Positions 1 through 6,950 of a stretch of 41,081 nt of DNA are shown here, one piece after another. The translations under genes and the position numbers were made by a program. Each line of letters opens with the position of its first letter. The stretch's first letter is position 1. The notes under the pieces were generated by a model, which saw only the letters and a list, made by a program, of their open reading frames with translations, searched no databases and had not been told where the DNA came from. Source of the stretch: a virus (lineage: Duplodnaviria; Caudoviricetes); the IMG/VR virus record IMGVR_UViG_3300034279_001484, positions 1 to 41,081 of that record; one strand, written 5' to 3'.

Positions 1-76
1 TCGCGGCTGGGATTCGTTTGCAGACATTCCAAAGCAAAAGGCTGAGGAAGTCTTGAAGTGGGCGCTCGCTAAGGGC
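1..76 (+). repeat. Terminal direct repeat, copy 1 (identical to 41006-41081); circular-contig overlap
   Basis: Exact 76-nt match TCGCGGCTGG...GCTAAGGGC at both ends; an ORF reads through the junction. Confidence 0.97.
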
Positions 77-93
77 GCAGAAGGAGGAATCTA

Positions 94-477
94 ATGGATT
101 TCGCGCACATCACGGTCATGGGCAATCTTGGGCGAGACCCTGAAGTTAAGGCTTCAGCGGCTGGCAGCAAGTACGCCCGACTGTCGGTAGCAGTCAACAA
201 GCAGGTAAAGACCGAAGAGGGTTTCAAACCTGAAACGGTCTGGTACGAGGTGGTCTGCTTTGGCAAGACGGCGGAGTCGGTAGAAAAGTTTGCCCAGAAG
301 GGCAGCAAGGTGCTGGTTACGGGCAAGCCTGAGCCACAGACCTACACTGACAAGGCTGGAAATGTTCGCTACAAGATCCAGGTGGTTGCAACCGATGTGA
401 TTGTTGCCGCTGGCAAGAAGGATCAGGCTTCGCAGCCGCAGGATGACACCAGCGGTCTTGAAGACCTGCCGTTCTGA
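94..477 (+). CDS. ssb: Single-stranded DNA-binding protein
   Basis: OB-fold motifs MGNLGRDPE, W(Y)EVVCFGKTAE and KGSKVLVTG; acidic C-terminal EDLPF; AGGAGG RBS. Confidence 0.96.
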   Translation: MDFAHITVMGNLGRDPEVKASAAGSKYARLSVAVNKQVKTEEGFKPETVWYEVVCFGKTAESVEKFAQKGSKVLVTGKPEPQTYTDKAGNVRYKIQVVATDVIVAAGKKDQASQPQDDTSGLEDLPF

Positions 478-845
478 GCGAGGAAAAGCAGACTCGCGCC
501 CAAAAGATCCTTGCCCTCTTGCAAGAGGCAGAAGGGCAATGGGTCTTTGGTGCGGCTCTGCTGAGTCCAGAGGTCGGCGGGTCACGGTACTCGGCGCGGA
601 TTGAGGAACTAAGAAAGGCGGGGCATCACATTGAGTCCCGACCAGATCCCCGACCCGACCGAGCGCTTTGGCAGTACCGACTGCTAACTGGGGCGCAGCC
701 GAAGCCGCCAGTGGAGCGCTGGCAGTGCCAGGGATGCTCCACGGTGACCGAAGTGATGCCTGGCATGGGAACAGTTGCAGAGAACCTCCGCGTCGGCGGG
801 TGTCACATCTGCAAAAAGAAGCAAGCAGTGTGGAGGAAAATGTGA
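474..845 (+). CDS. Winged-HTH protein with a C-terminal Zn ribbon; start uncertain (CTG 474 or TTG 519)
   Basis: RAQKILALLQEAEGQWV...RYSARIEELRKAGHHIESR is HTH-like; CQGC...CHIC; frame open from 462. Confidence 0.7.
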   Translation: MSEEKQTRAQKILALLQEAEGQWVFGAALLSPEVGGSRYSARIEELRKAGHHIESRPDPRPDRALWQYRLLTGAQPKPPVERWQCQGCSTVTEVMPGMGTVAENLRVGGCHICKKKQAVWRKM

Positions 846-1345
846 GTAAAGCGCAGAGACAGTGGATGCGGGTTGACCGCGACTGGGATAGCAGCACGAA
901 GATCCGACGGATTGGCATGGAGTTTGGTGCCAACGGCGTTGTCGCCTGGTTTAGCCTGCTGGCGCGGGCATGCCAGAACGATGGGGTGATTGGTGATGAC
1001 CTTGACCTGATGGTTGCGGTTTCTTCACCATCTATCCACCTAACGCAGTCAGATGCCGAGGTGATCGCCGACGGTTTCAAGTCGCTGGAGATCGTCACGA
1101 AGTCTGGTGACGATTGGGTGGTCACAAACTGGTCGCAATACCAGCCGCCGATGAACGCGATCACGCCATCGTCACGCAAGCGTCACGAAAGCGTCACCGA
1201 TAAAAGTGACATGAGCGTGGCTACAAACAAACAAACAAACGAACAGACAGACAGACAAACATCCAGGGTTATAAACCCCGCAACCCTGGGGCGCTATCGC
1301 GCCACGGAAAGCGTCGGGAGCGTATTGGAAAGGTTGAAGTCATGA
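842..1345 (+). CDS. Phage replication initiator / replisome-organiser-like protein
   Basis: GTG overlaps the upstream stop; WMRVDRDW..STKIRRI...G.NGVVAWFSLL and NWSQYQ motifs; internal short repeats; position after ssb. Confidence 0.7.
   Translation: MSKAQRQWMRVDRDWDSSTKIRRIGMEFGANGVVAWFSLLARACQNDGVIGDDLDLMVAVSSPSIHLTQSDAEVIADGFKSLEIVTKSGDDWVVTNWSQYQPPMNAITPSSRKRHESVTDKSDMSVATNKQTNEQTDRQTSRVINPATLGRYRATESVGSVLERLKS
1160..1290. repeat. Candidate replication origin: iteron-like CGTCAC repeats, (ACAA/ACAG)n tract and inverted repeat
   Basis: CGTCAC at 1170, 1181 and 1192 (11-bp period); inverted GTGAC at 1206; ACAAACAAAC...ACAGACAGAC at about 1223-1261; CCAGGGTT/AACCCTGG at 1263-1289. Confidence 0.55.
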
Positions 1346-1692
1346 CAATCGTCCAATTTTGTGATTGGTGTGCGTGCGTTGGGTGCAGCGCAGGGAACTG
1401 CTGCGACCATGGCAAGTTCACGGAAGACGGAAGGTTTGATCCACGGCAACCGCATCGCCTGGCGGTACGGGTAGTCAGTGGGCATGAAACTGCCATTGGT
1501 GGCGAGTTTGTTGTTGAAGATCAGTTTGGAACCATGTACAGGTGGGTGGTGAACTGCATTGAAGAGCCACGCTATGTAAGCGTTCCAAAGTTGCTGTCAA
1601 AGCGGCTTATTGAAAAGCACGACCTTGACGCATACGACATTTATCCAGAGAAGAGCGAGTTGGTTCGCATCTTCGGGGAAGGCTTGCTGTGA
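1342..1692 (+). CDS. Hypothetical protein with a Cys-rich N-terminus
   Basis: ATGA/GTGA-coupled to both neighbours; CDWCACVGC...CCDH. Confidence 0.7.
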   Translation: MTIVQFCDWCACVGCSAGNCCDHGKFTEDGRFDPRQPHRLAVRVVSGHETAIGGEFVVEDQFGTMYRWVVNCIEEPRYVSVPKLLSKRLIEKHDLDAYDIYPEKSELVRIFGEGLL

Positions 1693-2081
1693 ACCCGTAT
1701 GTCATTGAGGGGAAGATCCCCAACATGATGACGCCAAATGGCGTGGACGCCATGATTGAGTTGGGAGCCGACGAGCAGTTTCGCTACGAGGCAACCTTCG
1801 CATTCATTCAGGTATTCCGAATCTTTTACGGGCATTCAGCGAGTGTCCGAGAAATGTCGGAGTGGCTTGGGGTGGCAACATCAGCGGTTCATCGGCGCCT
1901 TGGCGTGTTAAAAAATCGGGGCTGGATCACTGGCGAGACCAACCGAGCCAGAACGATCCGACCAGCGGAGTTCACGCTCCACGGTGATACCCTGACAATA
2001 ATTGACGCCTACCGAGATTATTGGGCAAGGAGGCTTGGCGATCATGAGCAGCACAAGAAAAACAATCCGCGTACTCGGTAA
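1689..2081 (+). CDS. LexA-type DNA-binding (winged HTH) protein with no peptidase domain
   Basis: FI..F...YG.SASVREMSEWLGVATSAVHRRLGVLKNRGWI....NRARTIR matches the LexA N-terminal domain pattern. Confidence 0.8.
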   Translation: MNPYVIEGKIPNMMTPNGVDAMIELGADEQFRYEATFAFIQVFRIFYGHSASVREMSEWLGVATSAVHRRLGVLKNRGWITGETNRARTIRPAEFTLHGDTLTIIDAYRDYWARRLGDHEQHKKNNPRTR

Positions 2082-2454
2082 ACCGCAGCCGCAAGGCTCG
2101 TCGCGGGCGTTTGTGGTCAATGGGAAGCCAGTGATCACCAGCGCCAATAAAAATCTCAAGCCATGGCGAACGGTTGTGGAATGGGAAGCGCGCAATCAGT
2201 GGCAAGGGCAGCCACCGCTCAAGGGCGCTGTGCTGGTGTGGCTGGAATTCCGTTTGCACCGACCAAAGTCGGTCAAGCGCGAAATCCCGACGGTCAAGCC
2301 AGACCTGGACAAAATGATTCGCTCGGTGCTGGACGCGCTGACATCGGCTCATGTCTGGGATGACGACGCCCAGGTGTGGGCGATTCACGCAAGCAAGCGC
2401 TACGCCGACGAGGAGCATCCTGAAGGCGTAGTCATCCAGGTGGACGAACTGTGA
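2044..2454 (+). CDS. rusA: RusA family Holliday junction resolvase
   Basis: GKPQPQGS, KPDLDKMIRSVLDALT and WDDDAQV motifs; GGAGG upstream of ATG 2044. Confidence 0.93.
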   Translation: MSSTRKTIRVLGKPQPQGSSRAFVVNGKPVITSANKNLKPWRTVVEWEARNQWQGQPPLKGAVLVWLEFRLHRPKSVKREIPTVKPDLDKMIRSVLDALTSAHVWDDDAQVWAIHASKRYADEEHPEGVVIQVDEL

Positions 2455-2906
2455 TTGGGCTAATCCTGGCGCTGTCGGCGGCGATTACGCCAATGCCAAT
2501 GCCACCGCTTACTGCCCACGGGATTCCGACAAGCGGGACTGCCACCTGGTACGGAAGCACTCATCCGCAAGGAAAAAAGTTTTGTTTTGGCGGGCATAAA
2601 AACACTTGCAACCCATACAGCAAGGGCGAAAAAGTATGGTACGCAGCAGTCGGTTCCTGGGAGTATTACGACAAGCCATACAACATCCAGGTGTGCCGAC
2701 GCGGAACGGATCGCTGCGTTGTGGTTACGGTTCGGGATTACTGCCACGGAGCCTGGCAATCGCTAAGGCGACCATGGACAAGCAAAAGCCGAGCCATTGA
2801 CCTAAGCCCTGCGGCGTTTCTGGCGCTCGCGGGAGACCTGGGGGTCGGCATCATCTTTGTAGAGATCCGAGAAATTGTTTACAGGAATAAAACGCGCAAT
2901 TTGTGA
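2451..2906 (+). CDS. Secreted RlpA-like double-psi beta-barrel protein (lytic transglycosylase/expansin-like)
   Basis: Hydrophobic N-terminal signal; GTATWYG, VVVTVRD.C and RAIDLSPAAF motifs. Confidence 0.8.
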   Translation: MIGLILALSAAITPMPMPPLTAHGIPTSGTATWYGSTHPQGKKFCFGGHKNTCNPYSKGEKVWYAAVGSWEYYDKPYNIQVCRRGTDRCVVVTVRDYCHGAWQSLRRPWTSKSRAIDLSPAAFLALAGDLGVGIIFVEIREIVYRNKTRNL

Positions 2907-2917
2907 TAGGCTCCAGC

Positions 2918-3009
2918 GACGGTTGAGGAACCGCAATGTCTTCCCCAGGGGCTTCCTCCCCTCTGGGTGTTCACCCCCCGTGTCTGCAGCACGGGGGGTA
3001 TTACTTTTT
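2918..3009 (+). ncRNA. Candidate small structured RNA or 3' UTR element with three hairpins
   Basis: CGGTT-GAGG-AACCG (2920-2933); AGGGG-CTTCCT-CCCCT (2947-2962); terminator hairpin; possible extended -10 TG-A-TAGGCT at 2904-2912. Confidence 0.35.
2973..3009 (+). terminator. Intrinsic terminator ending the replication operon
   Basis: 10-bp stem ACCCCCCGTG/CACGGGGGGT followed by ATTACTTTTT. Confidence 0.75.
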
Positions 3010-3037
3010 GTTACAGACCCTCCATTTTACGCACGAT

Positions 3038-3105
3038 TTGACATTTGATCTGACATGTGAGACAATTATGTCGGAGCGGGGAGAGGAACCCCGACAGAAA
3101 GGAGG
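3038..3105 (+). promoter_or_regulatory. Early cassette 1: promoter, AGAGGAA-loop hairpin and RBS
   Basis: TTGACA (3038), 17 bp, GACAAT (3061) preceded by TGn; CGGGG-AGAGGAA-CCCCG at 3077-3093; AGGAGG; lacks the AAAC-N6-GTTT box. Confidence 0.75.
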
Positions 3106-3109
3106 CTCA

Positions 3110-3292
3110 ATGAACAAAAACACCAAGAAGTTCTTCAGGAACTGGGACAAACGAATTGCCCAGTACAACGCCCAGCGGGAGCGGGAGGAAGCCGCAATCG
3201 CTAAAGCGCGGGGAACCGCAAAGCCAGCGCCGAAGGCGCAACCAGTCACCGACCTGGACATGTCGGAACTTCAGAAGCGGCTCAAGTTCTGA
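3110..3292 (+). CDS. Small basic hypothetical protein (60 aa)
   Basis: AAAGGAGG RBS before ATG 3110; the longer 2936 start runs through regulatory hairpins. Confidence 0.75.
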   Translation: MNKNTKKFFRNWDKRIAQYNAQREREEAAIAKARGTAKPAPKAQPVTDLDMSELQKRLKF

Positions 3293-3306
3293 GCCAGGAG
3301 GGAACC

Positions 3307-3486
3307 ATGAAACTAGATTGGACAAACCCAAATTCCCCAGCCGACGGGCTGATGTGGAACTTCTGCCCAGTCGGGGGGAAGCGCCACGGCATCCTCATCC
3401 TCACCAGGAATGAGGCGGGCGGGCTAATGAGCCACTGCCCAAAGTGCTACACCCCCCGAAAGAAGAGGGGCGAGCGCAAGGGGTAA
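3307..3486 (+). CDS. Small hypothetical protein, possible Zn ribbon (59 aa; not in the ORF track)
   Basis: GGAGG RBS; MKLDWTNP...FCP...H...HCPKC...GERKG*. Confidence 0.65.
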   Translation: MKLDWTNPNSPADGLMWNFCPVGGKRHGILILTRNEAGGLMSHCPKCYTPRKKRGERKG

Positions 3487-3495
3487 GATGCCCCA

Positions 3496-4035
3496 ATGCC
3501 TACCACCCCCCGCTGCCAGTGGCGACTCCTTGAAGCCCGCTGCAGTCGGGGGGCTAAAGGCACCCTACGGTTTGGCAAGCGAGTTTGCGACCGACACCGA
3601 GAAAGCCTGTTTGCAGTTTCCGACTCAACAACGGTGTGGGTTGGCGGGGAAGTTTCCAGCGAACACCTCAAGTGGGTCATGAAAACCATCAAAGGCGTCC
3701 AGCGCGCTACAGGCTACTGCCCAACCAGCATCAATTTCCGCAAGGCGGACGGCGGGGTGTGCTGGGCAAAATACCATCTCACCGTACCGAGCAAGGGAAT
3801 CACGGGGCGGATGATCCTGCTCCACGAGATTGCCCACGGGCTGCAGTGGGGCGACGATCACGGCGAGGATTTCTACGCTGCCCTATTCAAACTGGGCAAG
3901 CGCTGGCTCTCCAGGGACGAACACGCCGCCATGGTGGAGGACGAACTTATGTACAAGCCCAAGGGTGCCAAGGGCGCCGCCAAGCGGCTGGGGATCAAGA
4001 TTCAGGAAGAGGATGTAACACTTCCAAGGACTTGA
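3496..4035 (+). CDS. Zincin-like metallopeptidase (SprT/YgjP-like HExxH)
   Basis: ILLHEIAH......HGEDF motif. Confidence 0.75.
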   Translation: MPTTPRCQWRLLEARCSRGAKGTLRFGKRVCDRHRESLFAVSDSTTVWVGGEVSSEHLKWVMKTIKGVQRATGYCPTSINFRKADGGVCWAKYHLTVPSKGITGRMILLHEIAHGLQWGDDHGEDFYAALFKLGKRWLSRDEHAAMVEDELMYKPKGAKGAAKRLGIKIQEEDVTLPRT

Positions 4036-4097
4036 CAGGCTGAAACGCTGGGGTTTATGATGCAGTTAGCCCAGGAGAGGAACCTGGTAGGAGGAGG
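4032..4097 (+). promoter_or_regulatory. Early cassette 2: promoter with operator, hairpin and RBS
   Basis: TTGACA (4032), 18 bp, TATGAT (4056); AAAC-GCTGGG-GTTT at 4043-4056; CCAGG-AGAGGAA-CCTGG at 4071-4087; GGAGGAGG. Confidence 0.88.
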
Positions 4098-4105
4098 AAA
4101 AGCAC

Positions 4106-4234
4106 ATGACAATGGAGGATCTCGCATTCCAGATCGGTGAACTCCACAAGCAGTGGGTCACGGGTCAGTTGAGCGACAGGGAATTTGTCAACAAGACGGC
4201 GGCACTGCTGAAGTTCGCCAACCTAGTCAAGTAA
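4106..4234 (+). CDS. Small hypothetical protein (42 aa; not in the ORF track)
   Basis: Strong RBS; MTMEDLAFQIGELHKQW...FANLVK*. Confidence 0.7.
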   Translation: MTMEDLAFQIGELHKQWVTGQLSDREFVNKTAALLKFANLVK

Positions 4235-4245
4235 TCGGAGGAATT

Positions 4246-4641
4246 ATGCAGTTAAGCCAAGCAAAAGAAATCGTCAACACGCCAGAACTAAATCAGAACT
4301 GGCAGAAACTGACGCAAGAGGAAGCGGACTTGCTCATGGATCATGTTGAGAGTCAGCAGAATCGGCAGGAATGCTGCTTCCCTTACGACTGCATGCACCA
4401 CGAGCAGTGCGACGGCGAGTATCTCTGCGGTTCATGCAAGCGAGGCGCGGAGCGCTGGAAAGTAGTTGACAAAGTTCTGCAGAAATTTCCGATGGGCTAC
4501 CAGTACGCGCAGGCACTTACCCGAATGGGTGAGCAGGAACTAATCGCTCACAAACTTCAGACCATCAAGGATCTTCGGGCGATTGGCGACCACGCAGCGG
4601 CGGATCGGCTTTTCAATGAGGGGGATGAAGACTCATGGTGA
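4246..4641 (+). CDS. Hypothetical protein with a Cys cluster
   Basis: GGAGG RBS before ATG 4246; CC..C...C...CGSC. Confidence 0.75.
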   Translation: MQLSQAKEIVNTPELNQNWQKLTQEEADLLMDHVESQQNRQECCFPYDCMHHEQCDGEYLCGSCKRGAERWKVVDKVLQKFPMGYQYAQALTRMGEQELIAHKLQTIKDLRAIGDHAAADRLFNEGDEDSW

Positions 4642-4946
4642 CAAGAATTGACGGCACGCTCTACGCCGACGGCTGGGACGAGTGCATGATTGGACACGCA
4701 ACCCAGGCGACGGCAGAGGGCGTTCGCGTAGTGGCGGTGTACTCGGTCAGCAAAATCTTGGAAAAGATCGCTGCCGAGGCTGCGGATCACGACGCCAAGA
4801 ATGGCAACCCAATTGGGGAGAAAGATTTTTACCTGGGCGAGGCTGAGGAGTTTTTCAACTTCAACATTTCCAGTGCCTACATTGGGAAAGGGCTGGCGCA
4901 TCCAGTTTTTGTCAACGAAACCCTGGACATAGAGATTGACAGTTGA
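4635..4946 (+). CDS. Phage hypothetical protein
   Basis: ADGWDECMIG...VAVYS..KI...AEEFFNFNI..AYIG pattern, which I recognise from uncultured phages; coupled start. Confidence 0.75.
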   Translation: MVTRIDGTLYADGWDECMIGHATQATAEGVRVVAVYSVSKILEKIAAEAADHDAKNGNPIGEKDFYLGEAEEFFNFNISSAYIGKGLAHPVFVNETLDIEIDS

Positions 4947-4998
4947 AACGCCAGGGTTTATGATGCTGGCAGACGGTTGAGGAACCGTAAAGGAGGAG
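4936..4998 (+). promoter_or_regulatory. Early cassette 3: promoter with operator, hairpin and RBS
   Basis: TTGACA (4936), 17 bp, TATGAT (4959); AAAC-GCCAGG-GTTT at 4946-4959; ACGGTT-GAGG-AACCGT at 4973-4988; AGGAGGAG. Confidence 0.9.
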
Positions 4999-5001
4999 TA
5001 A

Positions 5002-5553
5002 ATGGAGGAAGAGATGGAAGCAGTAACTAGCCCGATCACTAAGTGCGTCGGGTGCGAATCGGACATTGACAACGACGGCGACGGCGGTCGCTGGTCAGAA
5101 ATTAAAGGCGGCGAATTCTGCTGGAATTGTTTCCAGTCAGAAATTGAGCATGCCAGCACGATCACTTACCTGGTCAACGGCGAAAAGCAGCGCAGGGTTG
5201 TGGTCGCAGCCAACTGGATCGTGGACGGTGAGTATTACGAGGATCTCACGGCAAAGGAAACCGAGGGGATCAATCACTACTACACCCGCACCGACGGCTG
5301 GCGCGGTTACTGGACGACGACGCTTGGGGACGAGTGGGTTGAGGTCGCGGAGGGAATGTTCCTCTGGGGCGAAGAAACCGACATCGTAACCATGGGCGGG
5401 ACGCTCCAGGAACTGCACAAAGAAGGGGTGCTGCCTTGTGAGGTGGCGCTGGTTGCAGACCTGACGAGCAATGTGTTCGCAGCGGGATGCAGCATCTTTG
5501 TCCGCAAGGCTGACCTGGATGTGTGGAATTCGCAGAAGGAGGAAATCAAGTGA
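5002..5553 (+). CDS. Hypothetical protein with an N-terminal CxxC...CxxC
   Basis: Strong RBS; CVGC...CWNC. Confidence 0.8.
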   Translation: MEEEMEAVTSPITKCVGCESDIDNDGDGGRWSEIKGGEFCWNCFQSEIEHASTITYLVNGEKQRRVVVAANWIVDGEYYEDLTAKETEGINHYYTRTDGWRGYWTTTLGDEWVEVAEGMFLWGEETDIVTMGGTLQELHKEGVLPCEVALVADLTSNVFAAGCSIFVRKADLDVWNSQKEEIK

Positions 5554-5957
5554 AGATCTTGCAGGTGGAATTGGAGCAAAAGGACATCGCAGACATTTTG
5601 CACTGCGCGATTGAGGGAGGCATTAATTACTGGGGCGAGTGCAAGGGCTACAAGTGGACGGATTGGTATGTAGATCCAGAGGCACCGTATGGCAGCCCTG
5701 ATTACGACAAACTTAAAGATCTGCCTGCCGACTATGTGTATGTGCAGGTCAAGGAGGACGAAGACGCTGGCGAGCCGACACGAGACCCAAACACTTGGGT
5801 GCCGATTCGCAGAGCAGACATTGAACGCGGGTTTGCCCTGGCATTTGCCAAGCATCCGCATCTCTATAACGCCCGCGACGGCGAGGTAGACATGGACGCA
5901 ACTGGTGGTGAAGTCATCATCCAGTACGCAGTATTTGGGGAGTTGATTTATGGCTGA
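5550..5957 (+). CDS. Phage hypothetical protein
   Basis: AGGAGG RBS and GTGA coupling; AIEGGINYW and DA....IIQYAVFGELIYG motifs. Confidence 0.8.
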   Translation: MKILQVELEQKDIADILHCAIEGGINYWGECKGYKWTDWYVDPEAPYGSPDYDKLKDLPADYVYVQVKEDEDAGEPTRDPNTWVPIRRADIERGFALAFAKHPHLYNARDGEVDMDATGGEVIIQYAVFGELIYG

Positions 5958-6159
5958 GACGACTTACAAAATTGTTCGCCTTCACTTTGAAGAGGGCGTG
6001 CCAAATCGGATTGTGGACAGAGGGCTGACGCTGGAAGAGGCACAAGCGCACTGCCGAAACAAGGAAACCAGCAGCCGCACTTGCACATCGCCAGTGGCGA
6101 AAGCGTACACGGCAAAGTTTGGCGCCTGGTTTGATGGATACGAGGAGGAAAAGAAGTGA
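5950..6159 (+). CDS. Small phage hypothetical protein
   Basis: YKIVR...GLTLEEAQAHC...WFDGY; overlaps both neighbours. Confidence 0.75.
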   Translation: MAETTYKIVRLHFEEGVPNRIVDRGLTLEEAQAHCRNKETSSRTCTSPVAKAYTAKFGAWFDGYEEEKK

Positions 6160-6389
6160 CCTACGAAGGAAGTTACGAAGGGATTTTTTCCGTCCCGTGC
6201 GATGCGTGTGGGACAGACGGCGCAGAAGTTATGCAGCAAAAGATTGGGCAGTTGTGCGAGAACTGTTACAACGCCTGGAATTGCGCCTGCCTGGACTGCA
6301 AGGCGGAAGTTTCGCCTGAAGCACTCAAGCAGATTGATAACCTGGTCACGGACTGGGCGACCGCCGCCAGCCCCGATGGGTGGGTTTGA
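6156..6389 (+). CDS. Small Cys-rich hypothetical protein
   Basis: GAGGAGG RBS; three CxxC-type motifs. Confidence 0.65.
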   Translation: MTYEGSYEGIFSVPCDACGTDGAEVMQQKIGQLCENCYNAWNCACLDCKAEVSPEALKQIDNLVTDWATAASPDGWV

Positions 6390-6452
6390 CGGCAGAAACG
6401 CTATCGTTTACAATTAGGGAGCAGTCGGGAGAGGAACCCGACGCAAAGGAGG
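6386..6452 (+). promoter_or_regulatory. Early cassette 4: promoter with operator, hairpin and RBS
   Basis: TTGACG (6386), 17 bp, TACAAT (6409); AAACG-CTAT-CGTTT at 6396-6409; GTCGGG-AGAGGAA-CCCGAC at 6424-6442; AGGAGG. Confidence 0.88.
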
Positions 6453-6456
6453 AAAC

Positions 6457-6702
6457 ATGGGAACAACAATCCAGGAATGCAATGGGTGCGGCAATCAATT
6501 TGACGCAACCACGGGCGCACTTTCTCGCCACGACAACAGCACCAAGGTGTGCAGCAGTTGCGGGCAGGACGAGGGCATGGCGCAATTTGTGGCTCACAGT
6601 TACAACATTGATCCGCAATCAATTCTGCTAGGCGCAGGAAAGATTGACTGGGAAATTCTTGCAGGAAACATCATTTTTAAGAAGGAGGCAGTGCAATCAT
6701 GA
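6457..6702 (+). CDS. Small Zn-ribbon hypothetical protein
   Basis: CNGC...ALSRHDN...CSSCG motif; strong RBS. Confidence 0.78.
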   Translation: MGTTIQECNGCGNQFDATTGALSRHDNSTKVCSSCGQDEGMAQFVAHSYNIDPQSILLGAGKIDWEILAGNIIFKKEAVQS

Positions 6703-6950
6703 CGACTGAAATTGGAGAAACCACTGGCGGCATTGACATGGTTGACGCAATCATCCGCTACGAGACAGGCAATCTAAACCTGGAAGAGACGGTGCAGATG
6801 TTTGCGTACCTCATCAAGAGCGGAACGGCTTGGAGGCTGCAAGGATCATACGGGCGCGCAGCGCACCAGATGATTGTTGACGGGGTGATCAGCCGCGAAG
6901 GAGAAATTAACTACGAACGATTGGAGGAATTGAATGACCGAACAAGTTAA
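6699..6950 (+). CDS. Phage hypothetical protein
   Basis: IIRYETG...LIKSGTAWRLQGSYGRAA motif; AGGAGG RBS. Confidence 0.78.
   Translation: MTTEIGETTGGIDMVDAIIRYETGNLNLEETVQMFAYLIKSGTAWRLQGSYGRAAHQMIVDGVISREGEINYERLEELNDRTS

Noticed and set aside
154-1179. Long minus-strand ORFs (154-1179, 28789-29838, 36507-37523, 40080-41042 and others)
   Set aside because: They are antisense shadows of well-supported + strand genes, with no recognisable motifs; such ORFs are expected in GC-rich coding DNA.
1689-2081. LexA-like ORF as a CI-type lysogeny repressor
   Set aside because: It lacks the autocleavage peptidase domain, is co-oriented within the replication operon, and has no divergent cro or integrase.
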